From the human T2T-CHM13v2.0 reference genome, Homo sapiens, in the NCBI RefSeq assembly GCF_009914755.1, contig NC_060938.1: 64,000 nt of DNA, one strand, 5' to 3'. Each line of letters begins with the position of its first letter. Positions within the stretch are counted from its first letter, which is position 1. The notes under the pieces were generated by a model that worked only from the letters and a program-made list of their open reading frames with translations, did not search any database and was not told where the DNA came from. The position numbers and the translations under genes were made by a program. Shown one piece after another: positions 40,701 through 55,700 of the stretch.

Positions 40701-43700
40701 GAAAGACTGTTTCAAAACTGCTCTGTCAATAGAAAGGTTCAACTCTGTTAGCTGCGTGCATATATCCCAAAGAAGATTCTGAGATTGCTTCTGTCTAGTT
40801 TTTATGGGAAGATATTTCCCTTTTCACCGTAGGTGTCAAGGCGCTCCAAATGTCCACTTCCAGATACTACAAAAAGAGTGTTTCAAACCTACTCTGTGAA
40901 AGGGAATATTCAACTCTGTGACTTGAATGCACATATCACAAAGAAGTTTCTGAGAATGCTTCTGTCGAGATTTTATATGAAGATATTCCCGTTTCCAACG
41001 AAATGCTGAAATCTATCCAAATATCCCCTTGCAGATTCTACAAAAAGAGTGTTTCAAAACTGCTCTGTGAAAAGAAAGGTTCAACTCTGTTAGTTGAGTA
41101 CACACATCACAAACAAGTTTCACAGAATGCTTCTTTCTAGCTTGTAGGGGAAGATATTCCCTTTATCACCATGGGCCTCCAACCGTCCGAAACATCCACT
41201 TCCATATACTACAAAAAGAGCGTTTCAAACCTGCTCTATGAAAGGCAATGTTCAACTCTGTGACTTGAATGCAGACATCACAGAGCAGTTTCTGAGAATG
41301 CTTCTGTCTAGATTTTATAGGAAGATATTCCCGTTTCCAACGAAATCTTCACAGCTATCCAAATATCCACTTGCAGATTCTACAAAAAGAGTGTATCAAA
41401 ACTGCTCTGTCAAAAGGAAGGTTCTTCTCTGTTAGGTGAGTGCATACGTCATAAAGGAGTTTCTGAGAATGTTTCTGTCTAGTGGTTATGGGAAGATATT
41501 TGCTTTTTCACCGTAGGCCTCAGAGCGCTCCAAATATCCACTTGCACATACTACAAAAAGAGTGCTTCAAAGCTGCTCTCTGAAACGGAATGTTCAACTC
41601 TATGAGTTGAATGCAAACATCACAAAGACGTTTCTGAGAATGCTTCTGTCTAGATTTGATATGAAGATATTCCCGTTTCCAACGAAATCTTCAAATCTAT
41701 CCAAATGTCCACTTGCAGATTCAACAAAAAGTGTTTTTCAGAACTGCTCTATCAAAAGAAAGATCCACCTCTGTTAGCTGAGTTCACACATCACAAACAA
41801 GTTTATGAGAATGCTTCTGTCTAGTTTTTATTTGAAGATATTTCCTTTCTCACCATAGAGCTGAAAGCTGTCCTAATGTTCACTTCCAGATACTACAGAA
41901 AGAGTGTTTCAAAACTGCTGTACGAAAGGGAATGTTCAACTCTGTGACTTGAATGCACACATCACAAAGAAGTTTCTGAGGATGCTGCTGTCTACTTTTT
42001 ATACGTAATCCCGTTTCCAACGAAATCCTCCAAGCTATCCAAATATCCACTTGCAGATTCCACAGAAAGACTGTTTCAAAACTGCTCTGTCAATAGAAAG
42101 GTTCAACTCTGTTAGCTGCATGCATATATCCCAAAGAAGATTCTGAGATTGCTTCTGTCTAGTTTTTATGGGAAGATATTTCCCTTTTCACCGTAGGCGT
42201 CAAGGCGCTCCAAATGTCCACTTCCAGATACTACAAAAAGAGTGTTTCAAACCTACTCTGTGAAAGGGAATATTCAACTCTGTGACTTGAATGCACATAT
42301 CACAAGGAAGTTTCTGAGAATGCTTCTGTCGAGATTTTATATGAAGATATTCCCGTTTCCAACGAAATCCTGAAATCTATCCAAATATCCCCTTGCAGAT
42401 TCTACAAAAAGAGTGTTTCAAAACTGCTCTGTAAAAAGAAAGGTTCAACTCTGTTAGTTGAGTACACACATCACAAACAAGTTTCACACAATGCTTCTTT
42501 CTAGCTTGTAGGGGAAGATATTCCCTTTATCACCATGGGCCTCAAACCGTCCGATAAGTCCACTTCCATATACTACAAAAAGAGCGTTTCAAACCTGCTC
42601 TATGAAAGGCAATGTTCAACTCTGTGACTTGAATGCAGACATCACAGAGCAGTTTCTGAGAATGCTTCTGTCTAGATTTTATAGGAAGATATTCCCGTTT
42701 CCAACGAAATCTTCACAGCTATCCAAATATCCACTTGCAGATTCTACAAAAAGAGTGTATCAAAACTGCTCTGTCAAAAGGAAGGTTCTTTTCTGTTAGG
42801 TGAGTGCATACGTCATAAAGGAGTTTCTGAGAATGTTTCTGTCTAGTGGTTATGGGAAGATATTTGCTTTTTCACCGTAGGCCTCAGAGCGCTCCAAATA
42901 TCCACTTGCACATACTACAAAAAGAGTGCCTCAAAGCTGCTCTCTGAAACGGAATGTTCAACTCTATGAGTTGAATGCAAACATCGCAAAGACGTTTCTG
43001 AGAATGCTTCTGTCTAGATTTGATATGAAGATATTCCCGTTTCCAACGAAATCTTCAAATCTATCCAAATGTCCACTTGCAGATTCAACAAAAAGTGTTT
43101 TTCAGAACTGCTCTATCAAAAGAAAGATCCACCTCTGTTAGCTGAGTTCACACATCACAAACAAGTTTATGAGAATGCTTCTGTCTAGTTTTTATTTGAA
43201 GATATTTCCTTTCTCACCATAGAGCTGAAAGCTGTCCTAATGTTCACTTCCAGATACTACAGAAAGAGTGTTTCAAAACTGCTGTACGAAAGGGAATGTT
43301 CAACTCTGTGACTTGAATGCACACATCACAAAGAAGTTTCTGAGGATGCTGCTGTCTACTTTTTATACGTAATCCCGTTTCCAACGAAATCCTCCAAGCT
43401 ATCCAAATATCCACTTGCAGATTCCACAGAAAGACTGTTTCAAAACTGCTCTGTCAATAGAAAGGTTCAACTCTGTTAGCTGCGTGCATATATCCCAAAG
43501 AAGATTCTGAGATTGCTTCTGTCTAGTTTTTATGGGAAGATATTTCCCTTTTCACCGTAGGCGTCAAGGCGCTCCAAATGTCCACTTCCAGATACTACAA
43601 AAAGAGTGTTTCAAACCTACTCTGTGAAAGGGAATATTCAACTCTGTGACTTGAATGCACATATCACAAAGAAGTTTCTGAGAATGCTTCTGTCGAGATT

Positions 43701-46700
43701 TTATATGAAGATATTCCCGTTTCCAACGAAATGCTGAAATCTATCCAAATATCCCCTCGCAGATTCTACAAAAAGAGTGTTTCAAAACTGCTCTGTGAAA
43801 AGAAAGGTTCAACTCTGTTAGTTGAGTACACACATCACAAACAAGTTTCACAGAATGCTTCTTTCTAGCTTGTAGGGGAAGATATTCCCTTTATCACCAT
43901 GGGCCTCCAACCGTCCGAAACATCCACTTCCATATACTACAAAAAGAGCGTTTCAAACCTGCTCTATGAAAGGCAATGTTCAACTCTGTGACTTGAATGC
44001 AGACATCACAGAGCAGTTTCTGAGAATGCTTCTGTCTAGATTTTATAGGAAGATATTCCCGTTTCCAACGAAATCTTCACAGCTATCCAAATATCCACTT
44101 GCAGATTCTACAAAAAGAGTGTATCAAAACTGCTCTGTCAAAAGGAAGGTTCTTCTCTGTTAGGTGAGTGCATACGTCATAAAGGAGTTTCTGAGAATGT
44201 TTCTGTCTAGTGGTTATGGGAAGATATTTGCTTTTTCACCGTAGGCCTCAGAGCGCTCCAAATATCCACTTGCACATACTACAAAAAGAGTGCTTCAAAG
44301 CTGCTCTCTGAAACGGAATGTTCAACTCTATGAGTTGAATGCAAACATCACAAAGACGTTTCTGAGAATGCTTCTGTCTAGATTTGATATGAAGATATTC
44401 CCGTTTCCAACGAAATCTTCAAATCTATCCAAATGTCCACTTGCAGATTCAACAAAAAGTGTTTTTCAGAACTGCTCTATCAAAAGAAAGATCCACCTCT
44501 GTTAGCTGAGTTCACACATCACAAACAAGTTTATGAGAATGCTTCTGTCTAGTTTTTATTTGAAGATATTTCCTTTCTCACCATAGAGCTGAAAGCTGTC
44601 CTAATGTTCACTTCCAGATACTACAGAAAGAGTGTTTCAAAACTGCTGTACGAAAGGGAATGTTCAACTCTGTGACTTGAATGCACACATCACAAAGAAG
44701 TTTCTGAGGATGCTGCTGTCTACTTTTTATACGTAATCCCGTTTCCAACGAAATCCTCCAAGCTATCCAAATATCCACTTGCAGATTCCACAGAAAGACT
44801 GTTTCAAAACTGCTCTGTCAATAGAAAGGTTCAACTCTGTTAGCTGCATGCATATATCCCAAAGAAGATTCTGAGATTGCTTCTGTCTAGTTTTTATGGG
44901 AAGATATTTCCCTTTTCACCGTAGGCGTCAAGGCGCTCCAAATGTCCACTTCCAGATACTACAAAAAGAGTGTTTCAAACCTACTCTGTGAAAGGGAATA
45001 TTCAACTCTGTGACTTGAATGCACATATCACAAGGAAGTTTCTGAGAATGCTTCTGTCGAGATTTTATATGAAGATATTCCCGTTTCCAACGAAATCCTG
45101 AAATCTATCCAAATATCCCCTTGCAGATTCTACAAAAAGAGTGTTTCAAAACTGCTCTGTAAAAAGAAAGGTTCAACTCTGTTAGTTGAGTACACACATC
45201 ACAAACAAGTTTCACACAATGCTTCTTTCTAGCTTGTAGGGGAAGATATTCCCTTTATCACCATGGGCCTCAAACCGTCCGATAAGTCCACTTCCATATA
45301 CTACAAAAAGAGCGTTTCAAACCTGCTCTATGAAAGGCAATGTTCAACTCTGTGACTTGAATGCAGACATCACAGAGCAGTTTCTGAGAATGCTTCTGTC
45401 TAGATTTTATAGGAAGATATTCCCGTTTCCAACGAAATCTTCACAGCTATCCAAATATCCACTTGCAGATTCTACAAAAAGAGTGTATCAAAACTGCTCT
45501 GTCAAAAGGAAGGTTCTTTTCTGTTAGGTGAGTGCATACGTCATAAAGGAGTTTCTGAGAATGTTTCTGTCTAGTGGTTATGGGAAGATATTTGCTTTTT
45601 CACCGTAGGCCTCAGAGCGCTCCAAATATCCACTTGCACATACTACAAAAAGAGTGCCTCAAAGCTGCTCTCTGAAACGGAATGTTCAACTCTATGAGTT
45701 GAATGCAAACATCGCAAAGACGTTTCTGAGAATGCTTCTGTCTAGATTTGATATGAAGATATTCCCGTTTCCAACGAAATCTTCAAATCTATCCAAATGT
45801 CCACTTGCAGATTCAACAAAAAGTGTTTTTCAGAACTGCTCTATCAAAAGAAAGATCCACCTCTGTTAGCTGAGTTCACACATCACAAACAAGTTTATGA
45901 GAATGCTTCTGTCTAGTTTTTATTTGAAGATATTTCCTTTCTCACCATAGAGCTGAAAGCTGTCCTAATGTTCACTTCCAGATACTACAGAAAGAGTGTT
46001 TCAAAACTGCTGTACGAAAGGGAATGTTCAACTCTGTGACTTGAATGCACACATCACAAAGAAGTTTCTGAGGATGCTGCTGTCTACTTTTTATACGTAA
46101 TCCCGTTTCCAACGAAATCCTCCAAGCTATCCAAATATCCACTTGCAGATTCCACAGAAAGACTGTTTCAAAACTGCTCTGTCAATAGAAAGGTTCAACT
46201 CTGTTAGCTGCGTGCATATATCCCAAAGAAGATTCTGAGATTGCTTCTGTCTAGGTTTTATGGGAAGATATTTCCCTTTTCACCGTAGGCGTCAAGGCGC
46301 TCCAAATGTCCACTTCCAGATACTACAAAAAGAGTGTTTCAAACCTACTCTGTGAAAGGGAATATTCAACTCTGTGACTTGAATGCACATATCACAAAGA
46401 AGTTTCTGAGAATGCTTCTGTCGAGATTTTATATGAAGATATTCCCGTTTCCAACGAAATGCTGAAATCTATCCAAATATCCCCTCGCAGATTCTACAAA
46501 AAGAGTGTTTCAAAACTGCTCTGTGAAAAGAAAGGTTCAACTCTGTTAGTTGAGTACACACATCACAAACAAGTTTCACAGAATGCTTCTTTCTAGCTTG
46601 TAGGGGAAGATATTCCCTTTATCACCATGGGCCTCCAACCGTCCGAAACATCCACTTCCATATACTACAAAAAGAGCGTTTCAAACCTGCTCTATGAAAG

Positions 46701-49700
46701 GCAATGTTCAACTCTGTGACTTGAATGCAGACATCACAGAGCAGTTTCTGAGAATGCTTCTGTCTAGATTTTATAGGAAGATATTCCCGTTTCCAACGAA
46801 ATCTTCACAGCTATCCAAATATCCACTTGCAGATTCTACAAAAAGAGTGTATCAAAACTGCTCTGTCAAAAGGAAGGTTCTTCTCTGTTAGGTGAGTGCA
46901 TACGTCATAAAGGAGTTTCTGAGAATGTTTCTGTCTAGTGGTTATGGGAAGATATTTGCTTTTTCACCGTAGGCCTCAGAGCGCTCCAAATATCCACTTG
47001 CACATACTACAAAAAGAGTGCTTCAAAGCTGCTCTCTGAAACGGAATGTTCAACTCTATGAGTTGAATGCAAACATCACAAAGACGTTTCTGAGAATGCT
47101 TCTGTCTAGATTTGATATGAAGATATTCCCGTTTCCAACGAAATCTTCAAATCTATCCAAATGTCCACTTGCAGATTCAACAAAAAGTGTTTTTCAGAAC
47201 TGCTCTATCAAAAGAAAGATCCACCTCTGTTAGCTGAGTTCACACATCACAAACAAGTTTATGAGAATGCTTCTGTCTAGTTTTTATTTGAAGATATTTC
47301 CTTTCTCACCATAGAGCTGAAAGCTGTCCTAATGTTCACTTCCAGATACTACAGAAAGAGTGTTTCAAAACTGCTGTACGAAAGGGAATGTTCAACTCTG
47401 TGACTTGAATGCACACATCACAAAGAAGTTTCTGAGGATGCTGCTGTCTACTTTTTATACGTAATCCCGTTTCCAACGAAATCCTCCAAGCTATCCAAAT
47501 ATCCACTTGCAGATTCCACAGAAAGACTGTTTCAAAACTGCTCTGTCAATAGAAAGGTTCAACTCTGTTAGCTGCATGCATATATCCCAAAGAAGATTCT
47601 GAGATTGCTTCTGTCTAGTTTTTATGGGAAGATATTTCCCTTTTCACCGTAGGCGTCAAGGCGCTCCAAATGTCCACTTCCAGATACTACAAAAAGAGTG
47701 TTTCAAACCTACTCTGTGAAAGGGAATATTCAACTCTGTGACTTGAATGCACATATCACAAGGAAGTTTCTGAGAATGCTTCTGTCGAGATTTTATATGA
47801 AGATATTCCCGTTTCCAACGAAATCCTGAAATCTATCCAAATATCCCCTCGCAGATTCTACAAAAAGAGTGTTTCAAAACTGCTCTGTAAAAAGAAAGGT
47901 TCAACTCTGTTAGTTGAGTACACACATCACAAACAAGTTTCACACAATGCTTCTTTCTAGCTTGTAGGGGAAGATATTCCCTTTATCACCATGGGCCTCA
48001 AACCGTCCGATAAGTCCACTTCCATATACTACAAAAAGAGCGTTTCAAACCTGCTCTATGAAAGGCAATGTTCAACTCTGTGACTTGAATGCAGACATCA
48101 CAGAGCAGTTTCTGAGAATGCTTCTGTCTAGATTTTATAGGAAGATATTCCCGTTTCCAACGAAATCTTCACAGCTATCCAAATATCCACTTGCAGATTC
48201 TACAAAAAGAGTGTATCAAAACTGCTCTGTCAAAAGGAAGGTTCTTTTCTGTTAGGTGAGTGCATACGTCATAAAGGAGTTTCTGAGAATGTTTCTGTCT
48301 AGTGGTTATGGGAAGATATTTGCTTTTTCACCGTAGGCCTCAGAGCGCTCCAAATATCCACTTGCACATACTACAAAAAGAGTGCCTCAAAGCTGCTCTC
48401 TGAAACGGAATGTTCAACTCTATGAGTTGAATGCAAACATCGCAAAGACGTTTCTGAGAATGCTTCTGTCTAGATTTGATATGAAGATATTCCCGTTTCC
48501 AACGAAATCTTCAAATCTATCCAAATGTCCACTTGCAGATTCAACAAAAAGTGTTTTTCAGAACTGCTCTATCAAAAGAAAGATCCACCTCTGTTAGCTG
48601 AGTTCACACATCACAAACAAGTTTATGAGAATGCTTCTGTCTAGTTTTTATTTGAAGATATTTCCTTTCTCACCATAGAGCTGAAAGCTGTCCTAATGTT
48701 CACTTCCAGATACTACAGAAAGAGTGTTTCAAAACTGCTGTACGAAAGGGAATGTTCAACTCTGTGACTTGAATGCACACATCACAAAGAAGTTTCTGAG
48801 GATGCTGCTGTCTACTTTTTATACGTAATCCCGTTTCCAACGAAATCCTCCAAGCTATCCAAATATCCACTTGCAGATTCCACAGAAAGACTGTTTCAAA
48901 ACTGCTCTGTCAATAGAAAGGTTCAACTCTGTTAGCTGCGTGCATATATCCCAAAGAAGATTCTGAGATTGCTTCTGTCTAGTTTTTATGGGAAGATATT
49001 TCCCTTTTCACCGTAGGCGTCAAGGCGCTCCAAATGTCCACTTCCAGATACTACAAAAAGAGTGTTTCAAACCTACTCTGTGAAAGGGAATATTCAACTC
49101 TGTGACTTGAGTGCACATATCACAAAGAAGTTTCTGAGAATGCTTCTGTCGAGATTTTATATGAAGATATTCCCGTTTCCAACGAAATGCTGAAATGTAT
49201 CCAAATATCCCCTCGCAGATTCTACAAAAAGAGTGTTTCAAAACTGCTCTGTGAAAAGAAAGGTTCAACTCTGTTAGTTGAGTACACACATCACAAACAA
49301 GTTTCACAGAATGCTTCTTTCTAGCTTGTAGGGAAGATATTCCCTTTATCACCATGGGCCTCCAACCGTCCGAAACATCCACTTCCATATACTACAAAAA
49401 GAGCGTTTCAAACCTGCTCTACTAAAGGCAATGTTCAACTCTGTGACTTGAATGCAGACATCACAGAGCAGTTTCTGAGAATGCTTCTGTCTAGATTTTA
49501 TAGAAGATATTCCCGTTTCCTACGAAATCTTCACAGCTATCCAAATATCCACTTGCAGATTCTACAAAAAGAGTGTATCAAAACTGCTCTGTCAAAAGGA
49601 AGGTTCTTCTCTGTTAGGTGAGTGCATACGTCATAAAGGAGTTTCTGAGAATGTTTCTGTCTAGTGGTTATGGGAAGATATTTGCTTTTTCACCGTAGGC

Positions 49701-52700
49701 CTCAGAGCGCTCCAAATATCCACTTGCACATACTACAAAAAGAGTGCTTCAAAGCTGCTCTCTGAAACGGAATGTTCAACTCTATGAGTTGAATGCAAAC
49801 ATCACAAAGACGTTTCTGAGAATGCTTCTGTCTAGATTTGATATGAAGATATTCCCGTTTCCAACGAAATCTTCAAATCTATCCAAATGTCCACTTGCAG
49901 ATTCAACAAAAAGTGTTTTTCAGAACTGCTCTATCAAAAGAAAGATCTACCTCTGTTAGCTGAGTTCACACATCACAAACAAGTTTATGAGAATGCTTCT
50001 GTCTAGTTTTTATTTGAAGATATTTCCTTTCTCACCATAGAGCTGAAAGCTGTCCTAATGTTCACTTCCAGATACTACAGAAAGAGTGTTTCAAAACTGC
50101 TGTACGAAAGGGAATGTTCAACTCTGTGACTTGAATGCACACATCACAAAGAAGTTTCTGAGGATGCTGCTGTCTACTTTTTATACGTAATCCCGTTTCC
50201 AACGAAATCCTCCAAGCTATCCAAATATCCACTTGCAGATTCCACAGAAAGACTGTTTCAAAACTGCTCTGTCAATAGAAAGGTTCAACTCTGTTAGCTG
50301 CGTGCATATATCCCAAAGAAGATTCTGAGATTGCTTCTGTCTAGTTTTTATGGGAAGATATTTCCCTTTTCACCGTAGGCGTCAAGGCGCTCCAAATGTC
50401 CACTTCCAGATACTACAAAAAGAGTGTTTCAAACCTACTCTGTGAAAGGGAATATTCAACTCTGTGACTTGAATGCACATATCACAAAGAAGTTTCTGAG
50501 AATGCTTCTGTCGAGATTTTATATGAAGATATTCCCGTTTCCAACGAAATGCTGAAATGTATCCAAATATCCCCTCGCAGATTCTACAAAAAGAGTGTTT
50601 CAAAACTGCTCTGTGAAAAGAAAGGTTCAACTCTGTTAGTTGAGTACACACATCACAAACAAGTTTCACAGAATGCTTCTTTCTAGCTTGTAGGGGAAGA
50701 TATTCCCTTTATCACCATGGGCCTCCAACCGTCCGAAACATCCACTTCCATATACTACAAAAAGAGCGTTTCAAACCTGCTCTATGAAAGGCAATGTTCA
50801 ACTCTGTGACTTGAATGCAGACATCACAGAGCAGTTTCTGAGAATGCTTCTGTCTAGATTTTATAGGAAGATATTCCCGTTTCCAACGAAATCTTCACAG
50901 CTATCCAAATATCCACTTGCAGATTCTACAAAAAGAGTGTATCAAAACTGCTCTGTCAAAAGGAAGGTTCTTCTCTGTTAGGTGAGTGCATACGTCATAA
51001 AGGAGTTTCTGAGAATGTTTCTGTCTAGTGGTTATGGGAAGATATTTGCTTTTTCACCGTAGGCCTCAGAGCGCTCCAAATATCCACTTGCACATACTAC
51101 AAAAAGAGTGCTTCAAAGCTGCTCTCTGAAACGGAATGTTCAACTCTATGAGTTGAATGCAAACATCACAAAGACGTTTCTGAGAATGCTTCTGTCTAGA
51201 TTTGATATGAAGATATTCCCGTTTCCAACGAAATCTTCAAATCTATCCAAATGTCCACTTGCAGATTCAACAAAAAGTGTTTTTCAGAACTGCTCTATCA
51301 AAAGAAAGATCTACCTCTGTTAGCTGAGTTCACACATCACAAACAAGTTTATGAGAATGCTTCTGTCTAGTTTTTATTTGAAGATATTTCCTTTCTCACC
51401 ATAGAGCTGAAAGCTGTCCTAATGTTCACTTCCAGATACTACAGAAAGAGTGTTTCAAAACTGCTGTACGAAAGGGAATGTTCAACTCTGTGACTTGAAT
51501 GCACACATCACAAAGAAGTTTCTGAGGATGCTGCTGTCTACTTTTTATACGTAATCCCGTTTCCAACGAAATCCTCCAAGCTATCCAAATATCCACTTGC
51601 AGATTCCACAGAAAGACTGTTTCAAAACTGCTCTGTCAATAGAAAGGTTCAACTCTGTTAGCTGCATGCATATATCCCAAAGAAGATTCTGAGATTGCTT
51701 CTGTCTAGTTTTTATGGGAAGATATTTCCCTTTTCACCGTAGGCGTCAAGGCGCTCCAAATGTCCACTTCCAGATACTACAAAAAGAGTGTTTCAAACCT
51801 ACTCTGTGAAAGGGAATATTCAACTCTGTGACTTGAATGCACATATCACAAGGAAGTTTCTGAGAATGCTTCTGTCGAGATTTTATATGAAGATATTCCC
51901 GTTTCCAACGAAATCCTGAAATGTATCCAAATATCCCCTTGCAGATTCTACAAAAAGAGTGTTTCAAAACTGCTCTGTAAAAAGAAAGGTTCAACTCTGT
52001 TAGTTGAGTACACACATCACAAACAAGTTTCACACAATGCTTCTTTCTAGCTTGTAGGGGAAGATATTCCCTTTATCACCATGGGCCTCAAACCGTCCGA
52101 TAAGTCCACTTCCATATACTACAAAAAGAGCGTTTCAAACCTGCTCTATGAAAGGCAATGTTCAACTCTGTGACTTGAATGCAGACATCACAGAGCAGTT
52201 TCTGAGAATGCTTCTGTCTAGATTTTATAGGAAGATATTCCCGTTTCCAACGAAATCTTCACAGCTATCCAAATATCCACTTGCAGATTCTACAAAAAGA
52301 GTGTATCAAAACTGCTCTGTCAAAAGGAAGGTTCTTCTCTGTTAGGTGAGTGCATACGTCATAAAGGAGTTTCTGAGAATGTTTCTGTCTAGTGGTTATG
52401 GGAAGATATTTGCTTTTTCACCGTAGGCCTCAGAGCGCTCCAAATATCCACTTGCACATACTACAAAAAGAGTGCCTCAAAGCTGCTCTCTGAAACGGAA
52501 TGTTCAACTCTATGAGTTGAATGCAAACATCGCAAAGACGTTTCTGAGAATGCTTCTGTCTAGATTTGATATGAAGATATTCCCGTTTCCAACGAAATCT
52601 TCAAATCTATCCAAATGTCCACTTGCAGATTCAACAAAAAGTGTTTTTCAGAACTGCTCTATCAAAAGAAAGATCCACCTCTGTTAGCTGAGTTCACACA

Positions 52701-55700
52701 TCACAAACAAGTTTATGAGAATGCTTCTGTCTAGTTTTTATTTGAAGATATTTCCTTTCTCACCATAGAGCTGAAAGCTGTCCTAATGTTCACTTCCAGA
52801 TACTACAGAAAGAGTGTTTCAAAACTGCTGTACGAAAGGGAATGTTCAACTCTGTGACTTGAATGCACACATCACAAAGAAGTTTCTGAGGATGCTGCTG
52901 TCTACTTTTTATACGTAATCCCGTTTCCAACGAAATCCTCCAAGCTATCCAAATATCCACTTGCAGATTCCACAGAAAGACTGTTTCAAAACTGCTCTGT
53001 CAATAGAAAGGTTCAACTCTGTTAGCTGCGTGCATATATCCCAAAGAAGATTCTGAGATTGCTTCTGTCTAGTTTTTATGGGAAGATATTTCCCTTTTCA
53101 CCGTAGGCGTCAAGGCGCTCCAAATGTCCACTTCCAGATACTACAAAAAGAGTGTTTCAAACCTACTCTGTGAAAGGGAATATTCAACTCTGTGACTTGA
53201 ATGCACATATCACAAGGAAGTTTCTGAGAATGCTTCTGTCGAGATTTTATATGAAGATATTCCCGTTTCCAACGAAATGCTGAAATCTATCCAAATATCC
53301 CCTCGCAGATTCTACAAAAAGAGTGTTTCAAAACTGCTCTGTGAAAAGAAAGGTTCAACTCTGTTAGTTGAGTACACACATCACAAACAAGTTTCACAGA
53401 ATGCTTCTTTCTAGCTTGTAGGGGAAGATATTCCCTTTATCACCATGGGCCTCCAACCGTCCGAAACATCCACTTCCATATACTACAAAAAGAGCGTTTC
53501 AAACCTGCTCTATGAAAGGCAATGTTCAACTCTGTGACTTGAATGCAGACATCACAGAGCAGTTTCTGAGAATGCTTCTGTCTAGATTTTATAGGAAGAT
53601 ATTCCCGTTTCCAACGAAATCTTCACAGCTATCCAAATATCCACTTGCAGATTCTACAAAAAGAGTGTATCAAAACTGCTCTGTCAAAAGGAAGGTTCTT
53701 CTCTGTTAGGTGAGTGCATACGTCATAAAGGAGTTTCTGAGAATGTTTCTGTCTAGTGGTTATGGGAAGATATTTGCTTTTTCACCGTAGGCCTCAGAGC
53801 GCTCCAAGTATCCACTTGCACATACTACAAAAAGAGTGCTTCAAAGCTGCTCTCTGAAACGGAATGTTCAACTCTATGAGTTGAATGCAAACATCACAAA
53901 GACGTTTCTGAGAATGCTTCTGTCTAGATTTGATATGAAGATATTCCCGTTTCCAACGAAATCTTCAAATCTATCCAAATGTCCACTTGCAGATTCAACA
54001 AAAAGTGTTTTTCAGAACTGCTCTATCAAAAGAAAGATCCACCTCTGTTAGCTGAGTTCACACATCACAAACAAGTTTATGAGAATGCTTCTGTCTAGTT
54101 TTTATTTGAAGATATTTCCTTTCTCACCATAGAGCTGAAAGCTGTCCTAATGTTCACTTCCAGATACTACAGAAAGAGTGTTTCAAAACTGCTGTACGAA
54201 AGGGAATGTTCAACTCTGTGACTTGAATGCACACATCACAAAGAAGTTTCTGAGGATGCTGCTGTCTACTTTTTATACGTAATCCCGTTTCCAACGAAAT
54301 CCTCCAAGCTATCCAAATATCCACTTGCAGATTCCACAGAAAGACTGTTTCAAAACTGCTCTGTCAATAGAAAGGTTCAACTCTGTTAGCTGCGTGCATA
54401 TATCCCAAAGAAGATTCTGAGATTGCTTCTGTCTAGTTTTTATGGGAAGATATTTCCCTTTTCACCGTAGGCGTCAAGGCGCTCCAAATGTCCACTTCCA
54501 GATACTACAAAAAGAGTGTTTCAAACCTACTCTGTGAAAGGGAATATTCAACTCTGTGACTTGAATGCACATATCACAAAGAAGTTTCTGAGAATGCTTC
54601 TGTCGAGATTTTATATGAAGATATTCCCGTTTCCAACGAAATGCTGAAATCTATCCAAATATCCCCTCGCAGATTCTACAAAAAGAGTGTTTCAAAACTG
54701 CTCTGTGAAAAGAAAGGTTCAACTCTGTTAGTTGAGTACACACATCACAAACAAGTTTCACAGAATGCTTCTTTCTAGCTTGTAGGGGAAGATATTCCCT
54801 TTATCACCATGGGCCTCCAACCGTCCGAAACATCCACTTCCATATACTACAAAAAGAGCGTTTCAAACCTGCTCTATGAAAGGCAATGTTCAACTCTGTG
54901 ACTTGAATGCAGACATCACAGAGCAGTTTCTGAGAATGCTTCTGTCTAGATTTTATAGGAAGATATTCCCGTTTCCAACGAAATCTTCACAGCTATCCAA
55001 ATATCCACTTGCAGATTCTACAAAAAGAGTGTATCAAAACTGCTCTGTCAAAAGGAAGGTTCTTCTCTGTTAGGTGAGTGCATACGTCATAAAGGAGTTT
55101 CTGAGAATGTTTCTGTCTAGTGGTTATGGGAAGATATTTGCTTTTTCACCGTAGGCCTCAGAGCGCTCCAAATATCCACTTGCACATACTACAAAAAGAG
55201 TGCTTCAAAGCTGCTCTCTGAAACGGAATGTTCAACTCTATGAGTTGAATGCAAACATCACAAAGACGTTTCTGAGAATGCTTCTGTCTAGATTTGATAT
55301 GAAGATATTCCCGTTTCCAACGAAATCTTCAAATCTATCCAAATGTCCACTTGCAGATTCAACAAAAAGTGTTTTTCAGAACTGCTCTATCAAAAGAAAG
55401 ATCCACCTCTGTTAGCTGAGTTCACACATCACAAACAAGTTTATGAGAATGCTTCTGTCTAGTTTTTATTTGAAGATATTTCCTTTCTCACCATAGAGCT
55501 GAAAGCTGTCCTAATGTTCACTTCCAGATACTACAGAAAGAGTGTTTCAAAACTGCTGTACGAAAGGGAATGTTCAACTCTGTGACTTGAATGCACACAT
55601 CACAAAGAAGTTTCTGAGGATGCTGCTGTCTACTTTTTATACGTAATCCCGTTTCCAACGAAATCCTCCAAGCTATCCAAATATCCACTTGCAGATTCCA

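Noticed and set aside
17619-53808. Isolated singleton SNPs (e.g. 17619, 18411, 18443, 26053)
   Set aside because: These are ordinary private mutations or consensus errors with no pattern, useful only as unique mapping markers.
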